Shown here in pieces: positions 63,836 through 64,000 of a stretch of 64,000 nucleotides of DNA. The notes under the pieces were generated by a model. It did not search any database and was not told the DNA's origin. It saw nothing but the letters and a program-made list of their open reading frames with translations. The stretch comes from Lama glama (taxonomy: Eukaryota), in contig CM052850.1 of NCBI GenBank assembly GCA_028534125.1, positions 9,052,001 to 9,116,000 on the forward strand. The letters are read 5' to 3'. The position numbers and the translations under genes are program-made. Every line of letters starts with the position of its first letter. The first letter of the stretch is position 1.

Positions 63836-64000
63836 AGAGAATGTTTCACTAAAACCCTCTCCTCACTCCTAGCCATTTACTTCTAATTTGTAGAGGCTAG
63901 AAAGGCAGGCAACCAAACTTGTAAAAAAAAACTATGGGAGAAACGTGCTCCAGAAAGCCTTTGAGGACAGCCTAGGCTGTAGTCTGGCACTGTGGGACAG

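Noticed and set aside
47925-64000. DNM3-hosted miR-199a-2/miR-214 (DNM3OS) cluster
   Set aside because: Known to lie in a more 5' DNM3 intron; no matching mature sequence noticed in this window.

Overview
Mammalian genomic DNA, most likely a camelid judging by the tRNA-derived SINEs and the young L1 3' UTRs. It is syntenic with human 1q24 (DNM3 - C1orf105 - PIGC) and read here in reverse. The window holds the complete PIGC gene on +: CpG-island promoter, non-coding exon 1 and a single coding exon of 297 aa. PIGC is nested antisense inside intron 1 of a C1orf105 ortholog on -, of which coding exons 1 and 2 were found. The window also holds the 3' ~45 kb of DNM3 (dynamin-3, - strand): the GED and PRD exons, followed by several alternative C-terminal exons (RFGAVKDEAAEP*, RRPPPAVPGRPS*, a canonical terminal exon inferred to lie in an N-gap, and a candidate 27-nt in-frame microexon). 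The rest is intronic or intergenic, with L1, L2, MIR, MER, SINE, a solo LTR, microsatellites and six assembly gaps. Nearly all ORF-track entries other than PIGC, DNM3 exon fragments and LINE remnants look spurious. No novel protein system is evident. The best leads are RNA-level: the DNM3 C-terminal splice cassette and microexon, young inverted L1 copies bracketing a symmetric DNM3 exon, and PIGC uORFs. Gene identities rest on recalled human or rodent protein sequences, not on database searches.
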